Source: an uncultured bacterium | GTDB taxonomy: Bacteria; Chloroflexota; UBA5177; JANWHV01 | Reading direction: 5' to 3' | Assembly (NCBI GenBank): GCA_963827235.1 | Contig: CAWHAE010000016.1 | Location: 384,001 to 448,000, forward strand | Length of the DNA: 64,000 bases | In this document: piece after piece, positions 54,366 through 64,000 of the stretch | Numbering within the stretch: the stretch's first letter is position 1 | How the letters are laid out: the number at the start of each line of letters is the position of its first letter | Program-made: the position numbers and the translations under genes | The notes under the pieces: model-generated | What the model saw: the letters and a program-made list of their open reading frames with translations, nothing else | Told to the model about the DNA's origin: nothing | Databases searched by the model: none

Positions 54366-55468
54366 GGCTGGGCAGTTGCATCCTTGCCGTCGGGCATCGA
54401 TTCCTCCTGACCCTCGACGGACTGTTCGGGATCGCCAGCCTCCTGCGGTGCCGCCGACGGCCGCGCTCGGAGCGGTAGATGTAGACGCTCGCCCACTACC
54501 GTGAGCGCCACCGCCGCGCTCTGACCGGCACCGATGGCCAATCTTCTGCCCGCTTTGCGCGTGTGCTCAAGCACCGAGGGAGATCCATCGCGCTCCCGGA
54601 AGTTTCTCTGCGCCAACGTACCCGTTAGCAAGGTGCTGGACGCACTCAGAGCGGGCCGGGCCAGGTACACAGCCACCTGAGCGTAAAGCTTGCCATGCTT
54701 GCGCCCGCTCCCCCCGGCTGCCAGCTTGGAGATGCCTGCTTCCGCGCCGTCAAGCAGCAGAGTCGGCATCAGCGTCGACGCGGCTCGCCTGAATATGGCG
54801 GCCTTGTCGTCCAGGGACCAGCCGTTGATCGCTGCGATGGCCACAATGAGGGCTGCCTGGTGCATCAGGAGTTGGGCGGTAGCCGCAGTCGGCGCACCGT
54901 TTCTTCCCACACCGGCCCCCGCCACCGATCCCAACAGAACGCGCGGTTCTCGCGAACAGGCCCTGGTAAGCCGCCAGGCCAGGTGCCGGCGCAGGGCAGG
55001 CAGACCACGGCCAAGGGCAAGCCGGCGCTCCCAGAGGGCTGATGATAGCCGCGGAACGAGCAGCCTGCGCACCGTGGCGCGATCCACCTGCGGCATAAGG
55101 AGGGGATCCAGCAGACCGTCCAGGTGGGCATGATCCTTGATGATCACCGGCAAGAGGGGCACTCCGGAAAAAGCGCTACGCGCGCTGACCACGTGCTCGT
55201 CGGTCGCGGGCACCGCGATCACCAGCTCGGGCTTGCCCGAATCCTTGGGTGCCGGCTCTCCCTGGACGTGCCTCCAGATGTGAAGCCGGGAGTCGTCGGG
55301 CACCGTGCCCCCGGCGCGGAGGCACTCCACGACGCGTTCCGCGGTTTCGGGATCACCGATCACCACGATGCTCACCGACCGCCGCGCCTCGTCGACCATC
55401 TTCTTGTAGTCGAGTGAGGGCAAAGCGTCCAGGAAAGCTTTTGCGACGGCTCCAGGTGCATCGCTCAC
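54362..55468 (-). CDS. Hypothetical protein (weak resemblance to the DUF697-like helical family)
   Basis: Long ORF with GTGA coupling to thiN. The segment 'LALGRGLPALRRHLA..L....R' followed by 'Q..L...IAAING' recalls DUF697-type proteins (from memory, unverified). Confidence 0.7.
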   Translation of the reverse strand: MSDAPGAVAKAFLDALPSLDYKKMVDEARRSVSIVVIGDPETAERVVECLRAGGTVPDDSRLHIWRHVQGEPAPKDSGKPELVIAVPATDEHVVSARSAFSGVPLLPVIIKDHAHLDGLLDPLLMPQVDRATVRRLLVPRLSSALWERRLALGRGLPALRRHLAWRLTRACSREPRVLLGSVAGAGVGRNGAPTAATAQLLMHQAALIVAIAAINGWSLDDKAAIFRRAASTLMPTLLLDGAEAGISKLAAGGSGRKHGKLYAQVAVYLARPALSASSTLLTGTLAQRNFRERDGSPSVLEHTRKAGRRLAIGAGQSAAVALTVVGERLHLPLRARPSAAPQEAGDPEQSVEGQEESMPDGKDATAQP

Positions 55469-55581
55469 CGCGGGCATCTCGGCGAGGTCTTCACAAGATC
55501 GACAGCAACCGTTCCCCGTCCGCTATGCCGCGCGCCCGCGGCGTCATCCGGGCACTGACCTGATAGGAGCACTGTGTTCAT
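55465..55581 (-). CDS. Candidate leaderless upstream peptide (38 aa)
   Basis: TGcTACGAT lies 6 nt before the ATG. Its TGA overlaps the GTG of the next gene. Confidence 0.3.
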   Translation of the reverse strand: MNTVLLSGQCPDDAAGARHSGRGTVAVDLVKTSPRCPR

Positions 55582-56041
55582 ACTTGAATCGTAGCACGTG
55601 GCCATGTTCGGGATTGTGGACACGCGGAAACAGGCGAACGCCGGTGTCCTCTTCCGGGCCGTGAACATGCGCCGGAGTGACCTGAGACGAAGGGAAGCGC
55701 CGCACGCCCTTTCTGGCCGGCACCTCCACGGTCGAGCGAAGGGACAATTGGTCCGGGTTCGGTGCGGTGTCTGGAAGGCACCATATGGGGCGTACTGCGG
55801 TCATCCGCTCGGATTCCAGCGGAATGTGCAACCTAAGCTCCTGGCTCACCGGGGCAGCAATCTGCGTTGACCTGGGAGCGGAGTCCCATACGGCCTTGCC
55901 GGCTGCACTTGCCGCGGCTCATCGTGGAATCGCCACTCACTCGGACGGCACCACCCTACGTCCTCGCCGCGCAGGCGGGACACCACACGGAGATCGGCCG
56001 GCACAACGGCCGGCCGAGCCATACGACCCAGCTCGGGCTCG

Positions 56042-56164
56042 CTAGCGGCCGCGCCGCCGCTGAACCTCGTCGACCCGCACCTTCACGGGCACCGGGACAG
56101 GCCGCTGCCGGATCCGGGCAACAACGATGGCTCCGACGATACCCACGACGATGGTCGTAATCAT
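56042..56164 (-). CDS. Small single-pass membrane protein (40 aa, MITTIVVGIVGAIVVARIRQRPVPVPV...)
   Basis: GGAGA SD at 7-nt spacing, upstream TACACT -10, hydrophobic helix followed by a basic tail. Confidence 0.65.
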   Translation of the reverse strand: MITTIVVGIVGAIVVARIRQRPVPVPVKVRVDEVQRRRGR

Positions 56165-56396
56165 GCTCATGTCTCCAAACCACGTGAACAGGTCACCGAT
56201 GACCCGCCACTCTAGTGTACAATTCGGCCTGCGTCTTGGAATCACCCATATGGCACGTCCTTGGCCTGACTAATGGCCCAAGATGGCCAGGCGGGCGGCA
56301 GACCTTGCACGTTTGCGCCGTACACCTCCAGCACGAGACTTCACTATCGGGGTTCCGCGCGCCGTACGTCCCTCGCACGTTGGCGAGATCTATGAG

Positions 56397-57848
56397 CTAC
56401 AGCAGCACCCGCGCTCCCTGCGCCAGCGTCAGCACGCCGGACGGCCATACTCCCAGCAAGACCGTGCCGGCGAAGCCGAGCGCCACGACCAACCAGATCG
56501 ATACCGGGACCACCAACGCCTGCCCCTGCCGCGCTTCCGTGCGGAAGTACATGGCAAAGATGACCCGCAAATAATAGTACACCGATACGAGGCTGGCAAG
56601 CACGCCGATCACGGCCAGCTCTCCGTGCCCATCCGTGAGCGCAGTCTGGAAGACATAGAACTTGGCCCAGAAGCCGCCGGTAAGCGGGAAGCTCGCCAGC
56701 GAGATCAGGAATAACGCCATCGATCCTCCCAGCCAGGGATGGCTGTAGCCGAGGCCGGCAAAGTCGTCCAGCGTCGTGCGCTCTTCGTCTCCCCGTGCCA
56801 GCGCGGCCACCACGGCGAAGGCGCCGATGTTCATGAAGGCGTAGATGGAAAAATAGAAGAGCAGGCTCGGCACGCCGTCGCCCGGTTTGCCGTCGCCGTG
56901 GGCCGTATAGAGGGCGATCATCATGTAGCCGGCCTGAGCGATGCTTGAGTAAGCCAGCATGCGCTTGACGTTCGTCTGTACGACGGCCGCCACATTGCCG
57001 ATGACCATCGTGAACACGGCCAGCATCCAGATCAGGGCCAGCCAGTTCGCATGTACGGACGGCAGGGTGAGGGCAAAAAGTCGCACGAACGCCGCAAAGG
57101 CCGCGAGCTTGGTGCCGACGGACATCATGGCGGCGATCGGCGTCGGGGCTCCCTCGTACACGTCTGGCGTCCACGCGTGAAACGGCACCGCAGACATCTT
57201 GAATGCCAGGCCGACCACAAGCAGCGCTGCTCCGGCAAGCAGAATGGGGTCGCTCCCCGGGCTGGCAGCCTTCAGCGCCGCCGCGATTCCGCCATACATG
57301 GTGGAATTCGTCGCTCCGTAGACCAGGGCCATCCCATAGAGCAGAAAGGCCGACGAGAACGCGCTGAGCAGGAAATACTTGAGCGCCGATTCCTGGGCCT
57401 TCAGGCGGGACCTTTCGAACCCGGCCAGCACGTACAGGCAGATAGAGAACGTCTCGAGAGCCAGGAAGAGCACGATCAGGCTGTTCGCTGCCGCCATCAA
57501 CATCATGCCGCTGGTCGTGCCCAGCACGAGCACGTAGTACTCGCCGAGATTGACGTGGTGCATACCCACGTACTCGATCGAGAGGAGGACGGTAAGGAAA
57601 GCGGCGACCAGGAAGACGCCGTCGCAGAATAGTGAGAATCCATCGAGGGCTACGCTACCGGAGAAGCCCAGCTTGTTCGTGTCGTGCTGCACTATGGCGT
57701 CGATCCCTGCCGCCGCGATACCGGCCAGGCTGAGGGCGGGCAGGATCCACCGGAGCGGCTGCGTGACGTACAGGTCGGCGACGAGCACGACGATGGCGGC
57801 AATGGCCACGATCAGCTCGGGCAGAACTACCGTAAAATCTACGCTCAC
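56397..57848 (-). CDS. nuoN: NADH-quinone oxidoreductase subunit N
   Basis: GEYY.L, ESALKYFLL, FKMSAVPFHAWTPDVYEGAPTP, KRMLAYSSIA. Confidence 0.97.
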   Translation of the reverse strand: MSVDFTVVLPELIVAIAAIVVLVADLYVTQPLRWILPALSLAGIAAAGIDAIVQHDTNKLGFSGSVALDGFSLFCDGVFLVAAFLTVLLSIEYVGMHHVNLGEYYVLVLGTTSGMMLMAAANSLIVLFLALETFSICLYVLAGFERSRLKAQESALKYFLLSAFSSAFLLYGMALVYGATNSTMYGGIAAALKAASPGSDPILLAGAALLVVGLAFKMSAVPFHAWTPDVYEGAPTPIAAMMSVGTKLAAFAAFVRLFALTLPSVHANWLALIWMLAVFTMVIGNVAAVVQTNVKRMLAYSSIAQAGYMMIALYTAHGDGKPGDGVPSLLFYFSIYAFMNIGAFAVVAALARGDEERTTLDDFAGLGYSHPWLGGSMALFLISLASFPLTGGFWAKFYVFQTALTDGHGELAVIGVLASLVSVYYYLRVIFAMYFRTEARQGQALVVPVSIWLVVALGFAGTVLLGVWPSGVLTLAQGARVLL

Positions 57849-59353
57849 GGATGACCTCCGACCAGATGCACCACTTGTTGCACAGAACTCCAGGCCGGGT
57901 CCAGCCAGCCGCTCGGCACGACTCCGATCCAGACGATCAGTGCAATCAACGGCAGCAGGGCCGCGTATTGCCCAATCGACATCTCCGACCACCAGGCGGC
58001 CACGGTGCCCGAAGACGCCGGTGACGGACCGGACGTTCCGAGCTCGCCCAGCGGCCCGTGCATCGCTCCCTGGAACAGCCGCAGCATATAGGCAGCGGCA
58101 AGTACCACGCCGATCGTGCCGACCACAGCGTCCGCCGCGTTGGCCTGGAACGTGCCGGCTAGAATGAGGAACTCACCCACGAACCCGTTCAATCCCGGCA
58201 GTCCGAGCGCGGAGAGCGTGGCGACCAGGAACACGGCGGCGATGATCGGCGCGCGTGCCGCCAGGCCTCCCAACCGGGATAGGTCGGTGGTACCCCATCG
58301 CGCGGCGACGACGCCCACCAGGGCAAACAGTGCTCCGATCGTGATGCCGTGATTGAGCGCCTGCAGCGTAGCCCCCTGGATACCCAGCGTCGTTAGGCTG
58401 AAGATACCGAGCGTGATGAAGCCGAGGTGAGCGATGCTGCTGCAGGCCACCAGGCGCCGCATGTCGGTCTGGTCCAGGGCCAGCAGGGCACCGTAGATGA
58501 TCCCGATCACAGCCAGCACCATGATCGCGGGCGCAAAGTACTTCGCCGCCGTGGGAAACAGCGGCAGACAAAGGCGCAAGAACCCGTAGATGCCCATCTT
58601 GCTCATCACGCCGGCCACGATCACCGCGGTGGAAGGCGTCGACTCGGCGTAGACGTCAGGCACCCAGCTGTGAAACGGGAAGACGGCAGCCTTGATACCG
58701 AACGCCAGAGCGAATGCGAGGAAGACTGCCTTCTCCAGGTTGCCAGTCAGAGAATGCGCATTCTGCGCGGTCATCGCGACCAGGTCGAATGTGTGACCGG
58801 AGCCCTCCACGTAGAGCATCAGGATGCCGACCAGCATCAGCAGGCTGCCGGCCATGGTATAGATGACGTACTTGAAGGCAGCGTACACGCGCCGATCGCC
58901 GCCCCATGCGCCGATCATGAAGTAGGCAGGAATGAGCACTGCCTCCCAGTAGAGGTAGAACACCACCAGGTCGAGCGAGAGGAACACCCCGAGGAGGGCG
59001 CCTTCCAGCAGCAGCACTAGTCCGAGGTAGATGTTCAGCCGCTCGCGCACGGTGAAGCTGGACACGAGAATGGCGACCGGTGTGAGAATGGAAGTCAGCA
59101 GGATGAATAGCAAGCTCGTCCCGTCGTACCCGAAATGCAGGTCGACGTGAAACTGCGATACCCAGGTTGCGTCCACCTCATTGGCGCGGCTGACGATCGA
59201 GTCGCTGTGGTAGCCCACGAAGGTCGCGATCGCCAGACCGAGGGAAATCGCGGAGAAGCCCAGGGCCCCGCCAAGTGCGACGCGCGGCGTGACGCCCAGC
59301 AGGAGAACCGTGAGAGCCCCAATGATGGGAATCAGTAGCAGAGTCTGTATCAC
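57845..59353 (-). CDS. nuoM: NADH-quinone oxidoreductase subunit M
   Basis: FYLYWEAVLIP, FPFHSWVPD, KMGIYG, SSIAHLG, LGLPGLNGFVGE. Confidence 0.97.
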   Translation of the reverse strand: MIQTLLLIPIIGALTVLLLGVTPRVALGGALGFSAISLGLAIATFVGYHSDSIVSRANEVDATWVSQFHVDLHFGYDGTSLLFILLTSILTPVAILVSSFTVRERLNIYLGLVLLLEGALLGVFLSLDLVVFYLYWEAVLIPAYFMIGAWGGDRRVYAAFKYVIYTMAGSLLMLVGILMLYVEGSGHTFDLVAMTAQNAHSLTGNLEKAVFLAFALAFGIKAAVFPFHSWVPDVYAESTPSTAVIVAGVMSKMGIYGFLRLCLPLFPTAAKYFAPAIMVLAVIGIIYGALLALDQTDMRRLVACSSIAHLGFITLGIFSLTTLGIQGATLQALNHGITIGALFALVGVVAARWGTTDLSRLGGLAARAPIIAAVFLVATLSALGLPGLNGFVGEFLILAGTFQANAADAVVGTIGVVLAAAYMLRLFQGAMHGPLGELGTSGPSPASSGTVAAWWSEMSIGQYAALLPLIALIVWIGVVPSGWLDPAWSSVQQVVHLVGGHP

Positions 59354-59363
59354 GGCGTCTCCC

Positions 59364-61283
59364 CTAGCGCTGCCCTATGGCCAGCAACACTACAAGCACG
59401 ACCCCGATCATGATCGACAGGGCGTATGAGCGCACATAACCCGATTCGGCGGGCCGGATGTCGTCACCCACGTCTTGGACACCCCTGGCCACCCCGTTGA
59501 CCAGACCGTCGATCATGGCGCGATCGAGCCACCGCCATGACGTGCTCGCCAGCCAGTAGCCCGGCCGCTCGAACACTAGCTCGTAGAGACGATCGAAGTA
59601 CCACTTTTCCGCCAGGAAGGTGTAGGCGGGCTTCGCCGCGCCGGCCGGCTCAGGTCGCGGACCGCCCGAGTACAGCGCGCGGGCAAGTAGGAATCCGACG
59701 GCGATCAGACAGATCAGTATGACGAAGGCTCCCCACTGAAAGCTCACGTCGGCGTTGCGAGGATCGGGGATGAAGTAACGGCCGGTGAAGACACCGAACA
59801 CCGGATCCAGCCATTCGTGAAACTTCGTGAAGAACGGAAGCTGAATGAATCCGCCGGCTATCGCGAGTACTCCCAGCACCGACATGGGCATCATCATCGT
59901 GGCGGGCGCCTCATGGATGTGGCCAGCCAGATGCTGCTCCACGCGCAAGGCGCCGTGGAAGGCAAGGTACCAGAGCCGGAACATGTAGAATACCGTCAGC
60001 CCGGCGGTCAGCACTCCCATGGCCCATATGACTCTATGCCAGTCGCCCCAGGCCCAGGCATGGGCCAGGATCTCATCCTTGCTCCAGAATCCCGATAGTG
60101 GCGGCACTCCGGCGATCGCGATCACACCGACGGTGAACAGCAGGTAGGTTCCCGGCAGGCGCCGCGCGAGACCACCCATCTTGCGCAGATCCTGCTCGCC
60201 GCCCAGAGCGTGGATGACGCTGCCTGCACCCATAAAGAGCAACGCCTTGAAGAACGCATGGGTCATGAGGTGGAACATGCCCGACGAGTAGGCGCCGACA
60301 CCCACGCCGAGAAACATGTATCCGATCTGGCTCATCGTGGAGTAGGCCAGCACGCGCTTGATATCCGTCTGCACGAGAGCGATGGTCGCGGCGACGAGCG
60401 CGGTAGTTGCGCCGATGCCTGCCACGACGCCCGCACCCACTGGAGAAAGATCGTACAGAACGTGGCACCGGGCAATGAGATAGACGCCGGCCGTGACCAT
60501 GGTCGCGGCGTGGATTAGGGCGCTGACTGGCGTCGGGCCCTCCATCGCGTCCGGGAGCCAGGTATGCAAGGGGATCTGGGCGGACTTGGCTATGGCGCCA
60601 ACCAGCAGGAGCAGACAGAGTGCCGTTACAACGTGGTCGCCGCTGCCGTGCATCGCCGCCTTGGCAAACACGCCCGCGTACGTGATCGTGCCGTACTGGC
60701 GAATCATCAGAAAGATAGCCAGCATGATGCCGACGTCGCCCACCACGTTCATCACAAGTGCTTTGCGCGCCGCCAGCACGGCCGACGTCCGCGAATACCA
60801 AAAGCCGATCAGAAGGTAGGACGAAAGTCCCACCATGCCCCATCCGACCAGCAGGAACAGGAAGTTGTTGGCGACGACCAGCAATACCATGGAGAAGATG
60901 AACAGATTCATGTAGGCAAAGAAGCGCGAAAAGTCCGGGTCATCGCGCATATAGCCCACGGAGTAGACGTGTATGAGGAAGCCGACGCCGGTTACTATGA
61001 GCAGCATCACGATCGTGAGCGGGTCGATCAGCATGCCGAAATCTATGCTCAGCCCGCCCGACGTCATCCACGTGTAGTAGGAGACGTTTCCCTTGATCAG
61101 CATTTCCTGGGGCGTGTAGGTCAGCAGCTGCAAGTAGGCGTAGAGCGACACGAGCAGCGCGGCGCCGACGGATCCGCAGCCAACCCAGGCTACGCCGACT
61201 TTGGTGAAGCGCCGACCGGCCGCGCCGTTGATCACAAAGCCGGCCAGCGGCAGCGCAAGCAACGACCACGCGTAGCTGTGCAT
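59364..61283 (-). CDS. nuoL: NADH-quinone oxidoreductase subunit L
   Basis: IHVYSVGYM, KSAQIPLHTWLPDAMEGPTPVSALIHAATMV, HLMTHAFFKA. Confidence 0.98.
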   Translation of the reverse strand: MHSYAWSLLALPLAGFVINGAAGRRFTKVGVAWVGCGSVGAALLVSLYAYLQLLTYTPQEMLIKGNVSYYTWMTSGGLSIDFGMLIDPLTIVMLLIVTGVGFLIHVYSVGYMRDDPDFSRFFAYMNLFIFSMVLLVVANNFLFLLVGWGMVGLSSYLLIGFWYSRTSAVLAARKALVMNVVGDVGIMLAIFLMIRQYGTITYAGVFAKAAMHGSGDHVVTALCLLLLVGAIAKSAQIPLHTWLPDAMEGPTPVSALIHAATMVTAGVYLIARCHVLYDLSPVGAGVVAGIGATTALVAATIALVQTDIKRVLAYSTMSQIGYMFLGVGVGAYSSGMFHLMTHAFFKALLFMGAGSVIHALGGEQDLRKMGGLARRLPGTYLLFTVGVIAIAGVPPLSGFWSKDEILAHAWAWGDWHRVIWAMGVLTAGLTVFYMFRLWYLAFHGALRVEQHLAGHIHEAPATMMMPMSVLGVLAIAGGFIQLPFFTKFHEWLDPVFGVFTGRYFIPDPRNADVSFQWGAFVILICLIAVGFLLARALYSGGPRPEPAGAAKPAYTFLAEKWYFDRLYELVFERPGYWLASTSWRWLDRAMIDGLVNGVARGVQDVGDDIRPAESGYVRSYALSIMIGVVLVVLLAIGQR

Positions 61284-61284
61284 A

Positions 61285-61587
61285 CTATCCCTTCATCGAA
61301 TTCACGGCGTCGACGTTGATGTCGTCGCGCGAGCGGAAAATGGATACGATGATCGCCAGCCCGATAACAACCTCCGCCGCCGCAACCGTCATCACGAAGA
61401 AGACAAATATCTGGCCGTCCATCGAGTGCATGCGGCGGGATAATGCCACGAGCGTGAGGTTGACCGCGTTGAGCATCATCTCGATCGACATGAAGATCAC
61501 AAGTGGATCGCGCCGGATGAGCACACCCAAGGCGCCCAGTGAGAACAGGATGGCACCAACCACCAGATAGGCCGAAGTCGATACCAA
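61285..61587 (-). CDS. nuoK: NADH-quinone oxidoreductase subunit K
   Basis: [32 protein letters not shown] start inferred. Confidence 0.95.
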   Translation of the reverse strand: MVSTSAYLVVGAILFSLGALGVLIRRDPLVIFMSIEMMLNAVNLTLVALSRRMHSMDGQIFVFFVMTVAAAEVVIGLAIIVSIFRSRDDINVDAVNSMKG

Positions 61588-61666
61588 GCTCCCGACCCCC
61601 AATCGTGCCTGATTACCCAGTTCAGGTGTTCGACGACACACCTGCCATCCGGACGAGCGATGAACG

Positions 61667-62212
61667 TTAGCCGGCTTTGCGCTTGGCCAGCACCACTGCT
61701 CCCAGCATGGCCATGAGCAAGAGGAATGAGGTGACTTCGAACGGAAAGAGATACGTACTGAACAGCTGGTCGGCAATCGTGTTCACGCAGCCAAGCCCGC
61801 CCCCAGTGTGGCCGGCGTTCGGTGTCGGGCAGGATCCGTCGACTGTCTGGCCGGACTTGCTGATCATGCCGTGCAGCGCGTTGCGTGCCAGGTCGAGAGC
61901 CAGGATCAGGGCGACTGCCGCGGATAGCACGACTGCAGGCACACGGAGCCTGACCAGAGGATCGTCTCCCGGTTCTTCGCGACCGGGCGACAACAGCGTG
62001 ATCACGAAGAGGAACAGCACCATTATCGCGCCGGCATAGACGATGATCTGCACTGCCGCAAGGAATTGAGCGTCGAGCAGAATGTAGTACACCGCCAAAC
62101 AGGCAAAATTCGCAACCAGGAAAAGCGCACAGTAGATCGGGTTGCGCTGGACAATCACATTGAGCCCTGAAAACACCGCGACGACTGTGGTGATCCAGAA
62201 TGCAGCAGTCAC
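61667..62212 (-). CDS. nuoJ: NADH-quinone oxidoreductase subunit J
   Basis: [33 protein letters not shown]. Confidence 0.96.
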   Translation of the reverse strand: MTAAFWITTVVAVFSGLNVIVQRNPIYCALFLVANFACLAVYYILLDAQFLAAVQIIVYAGAIMVLFLFVITLLSPGREEPGDDPLVRLRVPAVVLSAAVALILALDLARNALHGMISKSGQTVDGSCPTPNAGHTGGGLGCVNTIADQLFSTYLFPFEVTSFLLLMAMLGAVVLAKRKAG

Positions 62213-62709
62213 TTTGCTCCACCTGCCGGCGCGCCGGCCATGCCGAGCTTCTCCTTTACCACACGCGGATCGGGCACGAGCATCATCTCCTTGGTGTAGA
62301 TCATGTGCGGAATATCGAAGTCCGATAGCTCATAGTCGTGCTTGAGCACGATGGCGCCAGTCGGGCACGCCTCTTCGCACAAGCCGCAGAAGATGCATCG
62401 AGACATATTGATCTCGTACCGCCTTGCATAGCGCTCGCCCGGCGAGACCCGATGTTCGTCGCTGTTCTCGGCTGCCTCGACGAGGATGCACTCTGCCGGG
62501 CATGCGCCTGCGCAGAGCTCGCAACCGATGCACTTCTCGAGCCCGTTGTCGTAGCGCTCCAGCACGTGCCGGCCCCGGTAACGCGGCTTGACGCCTACCC
62601 GCTCCTCAGGCCACTGGACCGTGATCTTCTTCTTGAACATCGTGGAGAACGTCAGCGACATGCCCCGTGCAATCGCCGCGACGCCTTCGACAAACGCGTT
62701 TGTAGCCAA
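62209..62709 (-). CDS. nuoI: NADH-quinone oxidoreductase subunit I
   Basis: [12 protein letters not shown] and [12 protein letters not shown] 4Fe-4S motifs. Confidence 0.97.
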   Translation of the reverse strand: MATNAFVEGVAAIARGMSLTFSTMFKKKITVQWPEERVGVKPRYRGRHVLERYDNGLEKCIGCELCAGACPAECILVEAAENSDEHRVSPGERYARRYEINMSRCIFCGLCEEACPTGAIVLKHDYELSDFDIPHMIYTKEMMLVPDPRVVKEKLGMAGAPAGGAK

Positions 62710-62761
62710 GATTCGACTCCCCGTTGCCCAGATCCCACACCGGAATTCGCGTTTCCCGGCT

Positions 62762-63781
62762 TCAAGCTGTCAGCGCGACCACCGCTCCTGTTCCTATGAT
62801 GTTCAGCAGCGCCAGCGGCAGCAGCCAGCGCCACCCAAGTGTCATCAAGCGGTCGTACCGGACACGCGGCAGCGTGGCGCGCACCCAGATAAAAGCGAAC
62901 AGCAGTACGGCAACCTTGATCGAGAACCAGATCAGGCCCGAGAGCCACGACGTGATGATGGTGAATGGGCCCACAGGGCCTCCCAGGAACAGCGTGGTGG
63001 CGAATGAGCTTACCGTGATCATGTTGATGTACTCGGCCATGTAGAACATGGCGAAACGGAAGCTGCTGTATTCGATGTGATAGCCCGCGACCAGCTCTTG
63101 CTCGGCTTCGGCCAGGTCGAACGGTGCTCGGTTAACCTCCGCGATGGCGGCGACGCAGTAGAGCACGAAGCCGAGCGGCTGCCAGAAGATGTTAGGAATG
63201 TGCTTTGCCTGGAAGCTCACGACGTCGGCGAGGCTCAGAGAACCGGTGATCGCGATGACGCCGATCACTGCCATGGTCAGAGCCAGCTCGTAGGAGATCA
63301 CCTGAGCCGAGGACCGTATGCCGCCCAGCAGCGAGTACTTGTTGTTGGAGGCCCAGCCGCCCAGTACAATTCCATACACGCCCAGCGACGTGGCCGCCAG
63401 CACATACAGCACGCCGATGTTGATGTTTGCCAGGGCACCGGACGCGGATACCTGCGTGCCGTGCACGGTAAACGAAAACGCGGCGGTAAACGGAATAACC
63501 GCGAAGGCAGCAAGCGCAACGAACAACGACAGCATCGGGGCCAAGGTGAACACCGGCCGGTCGGCCTGGGCGGGAACCACATCCTCCTTGAAAAGCAGCT
63601 TGATGCCGTCGGCAAGCGGCTGCAGTAGCCCGGCGGGTCCAACACGGTTGGGTCCGAGTCGAACCTGCATCAAGGCGACCACACGACGTTCAGCGTAGGT
63701 CATGTAGGCAAAGCCGGTCAGGAGCGCAAGTATGATCAGGGCAGCGAGGACCACATCGAAGATTCCCTGTTCCCAGGTCAT
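62762..63781 (-). CDS. nuoH: NADH-quinone oxidoreductase subunit H
   Basis: [54 protein letters not shown]. Confidence 0.98.
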   Translation of the reverse strand: MTWEQGIFDVVLAALIILALLTGFAYMTYAERRVVALMQVRLGPNRVGPAGLLQPLADGIKLLFKEDVVPAQADRPVFTLAPMLSLFVALAAFAVIPFTAAFSFTVHGTQVSASGALANINIGVLYVLAATSLGVYGIVLGGWASNNKYSLLGGIRSSAQVISYELALTMAVIGVIAITGSLSLADVVSFQAKHIPNIFWQPLGFVLYCVAAIAEVNRAPFDLAEAEQELVAGYHIEYSSFRFAMFYMAEYINMITVSSFATTLFLGGPVGPFTIITSWLSGLIWFSIKVAVLLFAFIWVRATLPRVRYDRLMTLGWRWLLPLALLNIIGTGAVVALTA

Positions 63782-64000
63782 CGCACTCCCCCAATGACAA
63801 CGGGCTGGAGCGCCTGCTCGAGAAGGGCAGCCCACGAGCCGAGCCCTGTAGCCCTCGCTATTTCCTGTGTGACGTCCTCATTCCTAAAGTAGCGGAAATC
63901 GCTTCCGAGCGCGCGAGCCACGTCGCACAGCACGCGCCATCCTTCGCGAACGTCCTCCGGCCTGCTCAGCGCGCCGTGCAGCCGTTGCACTCGACCCTCG
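63778..64000 (-). CDS. nuoG: NADH-quinone oxidoreductase subunit G, C-terminal fragment (truncated by window edge)
   Basis: 'EGRVQRL...GWRVLCDVARALG..F.Y' molybdopterin-family C-terminus; ATGA-coupled to nuoH. Confidence 0.75.
   Translation of the reverse strand, partial: EGRVQRLHGALSRPEDVREGWRVLCDVARALGSDFRYFRNEDVTQEIARATGLGSWAALLEQALQPVVIGGVR

Noticed and set aside
55600-56040. About 440-bp gap with several short ORFs; considered 6S RNA or another ncRNA
   Set aside because: No end-to-end pairing, promoter/terminator pair, codon bias or SD that I can support by eye. An Rfam scan would be needed.

Overview
GC-rich bacterial chromosome segment made mostly of housekeeping genes. Gene content and order suggest a Chloroflexota-like lineage (inference). 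It carries a sigma-70 factor, an SbcD/SbcC (Mre11/Rad50, YhaO/YhaN)-like pair, a cyclic amidohydrolase, ctaA, pyrG-priA-smpB, an M23/SH3 cell-wall hydrolase, tmRNA, Lrp-LysE, a Cys-free DksA/TraR, LOG, a DnaJ paralogue, a GH63-like glycosidase, tkt-tal, acpS-nnr-CBS-alr, the pepA-rluB-cmk-plsC and DUF512-der-plsY-gpsA clusters, and nuoG(partial)HIJKLMN. I saw no CRISPR array, integrase, transposase or prophage. The most unusual element is the Mre11/Rad50-like operon at 2.8-6.2 kb. It is intact, translationally coupled and has a near-consensus promoter, yet the nuclease subunit has lost almost all metal ligands and the ATPase has degenerate Q-loop, signature and H-loop motifs plus a transmembrane hairpin instead of a zinc hook. 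Also notable are a candidate attenuator/riboswitch-like leader upstream of the MBL-pyrG operon, several small proteins with their own expression signals, and single-base frameshifts in priA and thiN that are probably assembly errors. All motif and structure calls were made by eye; no searches were run.
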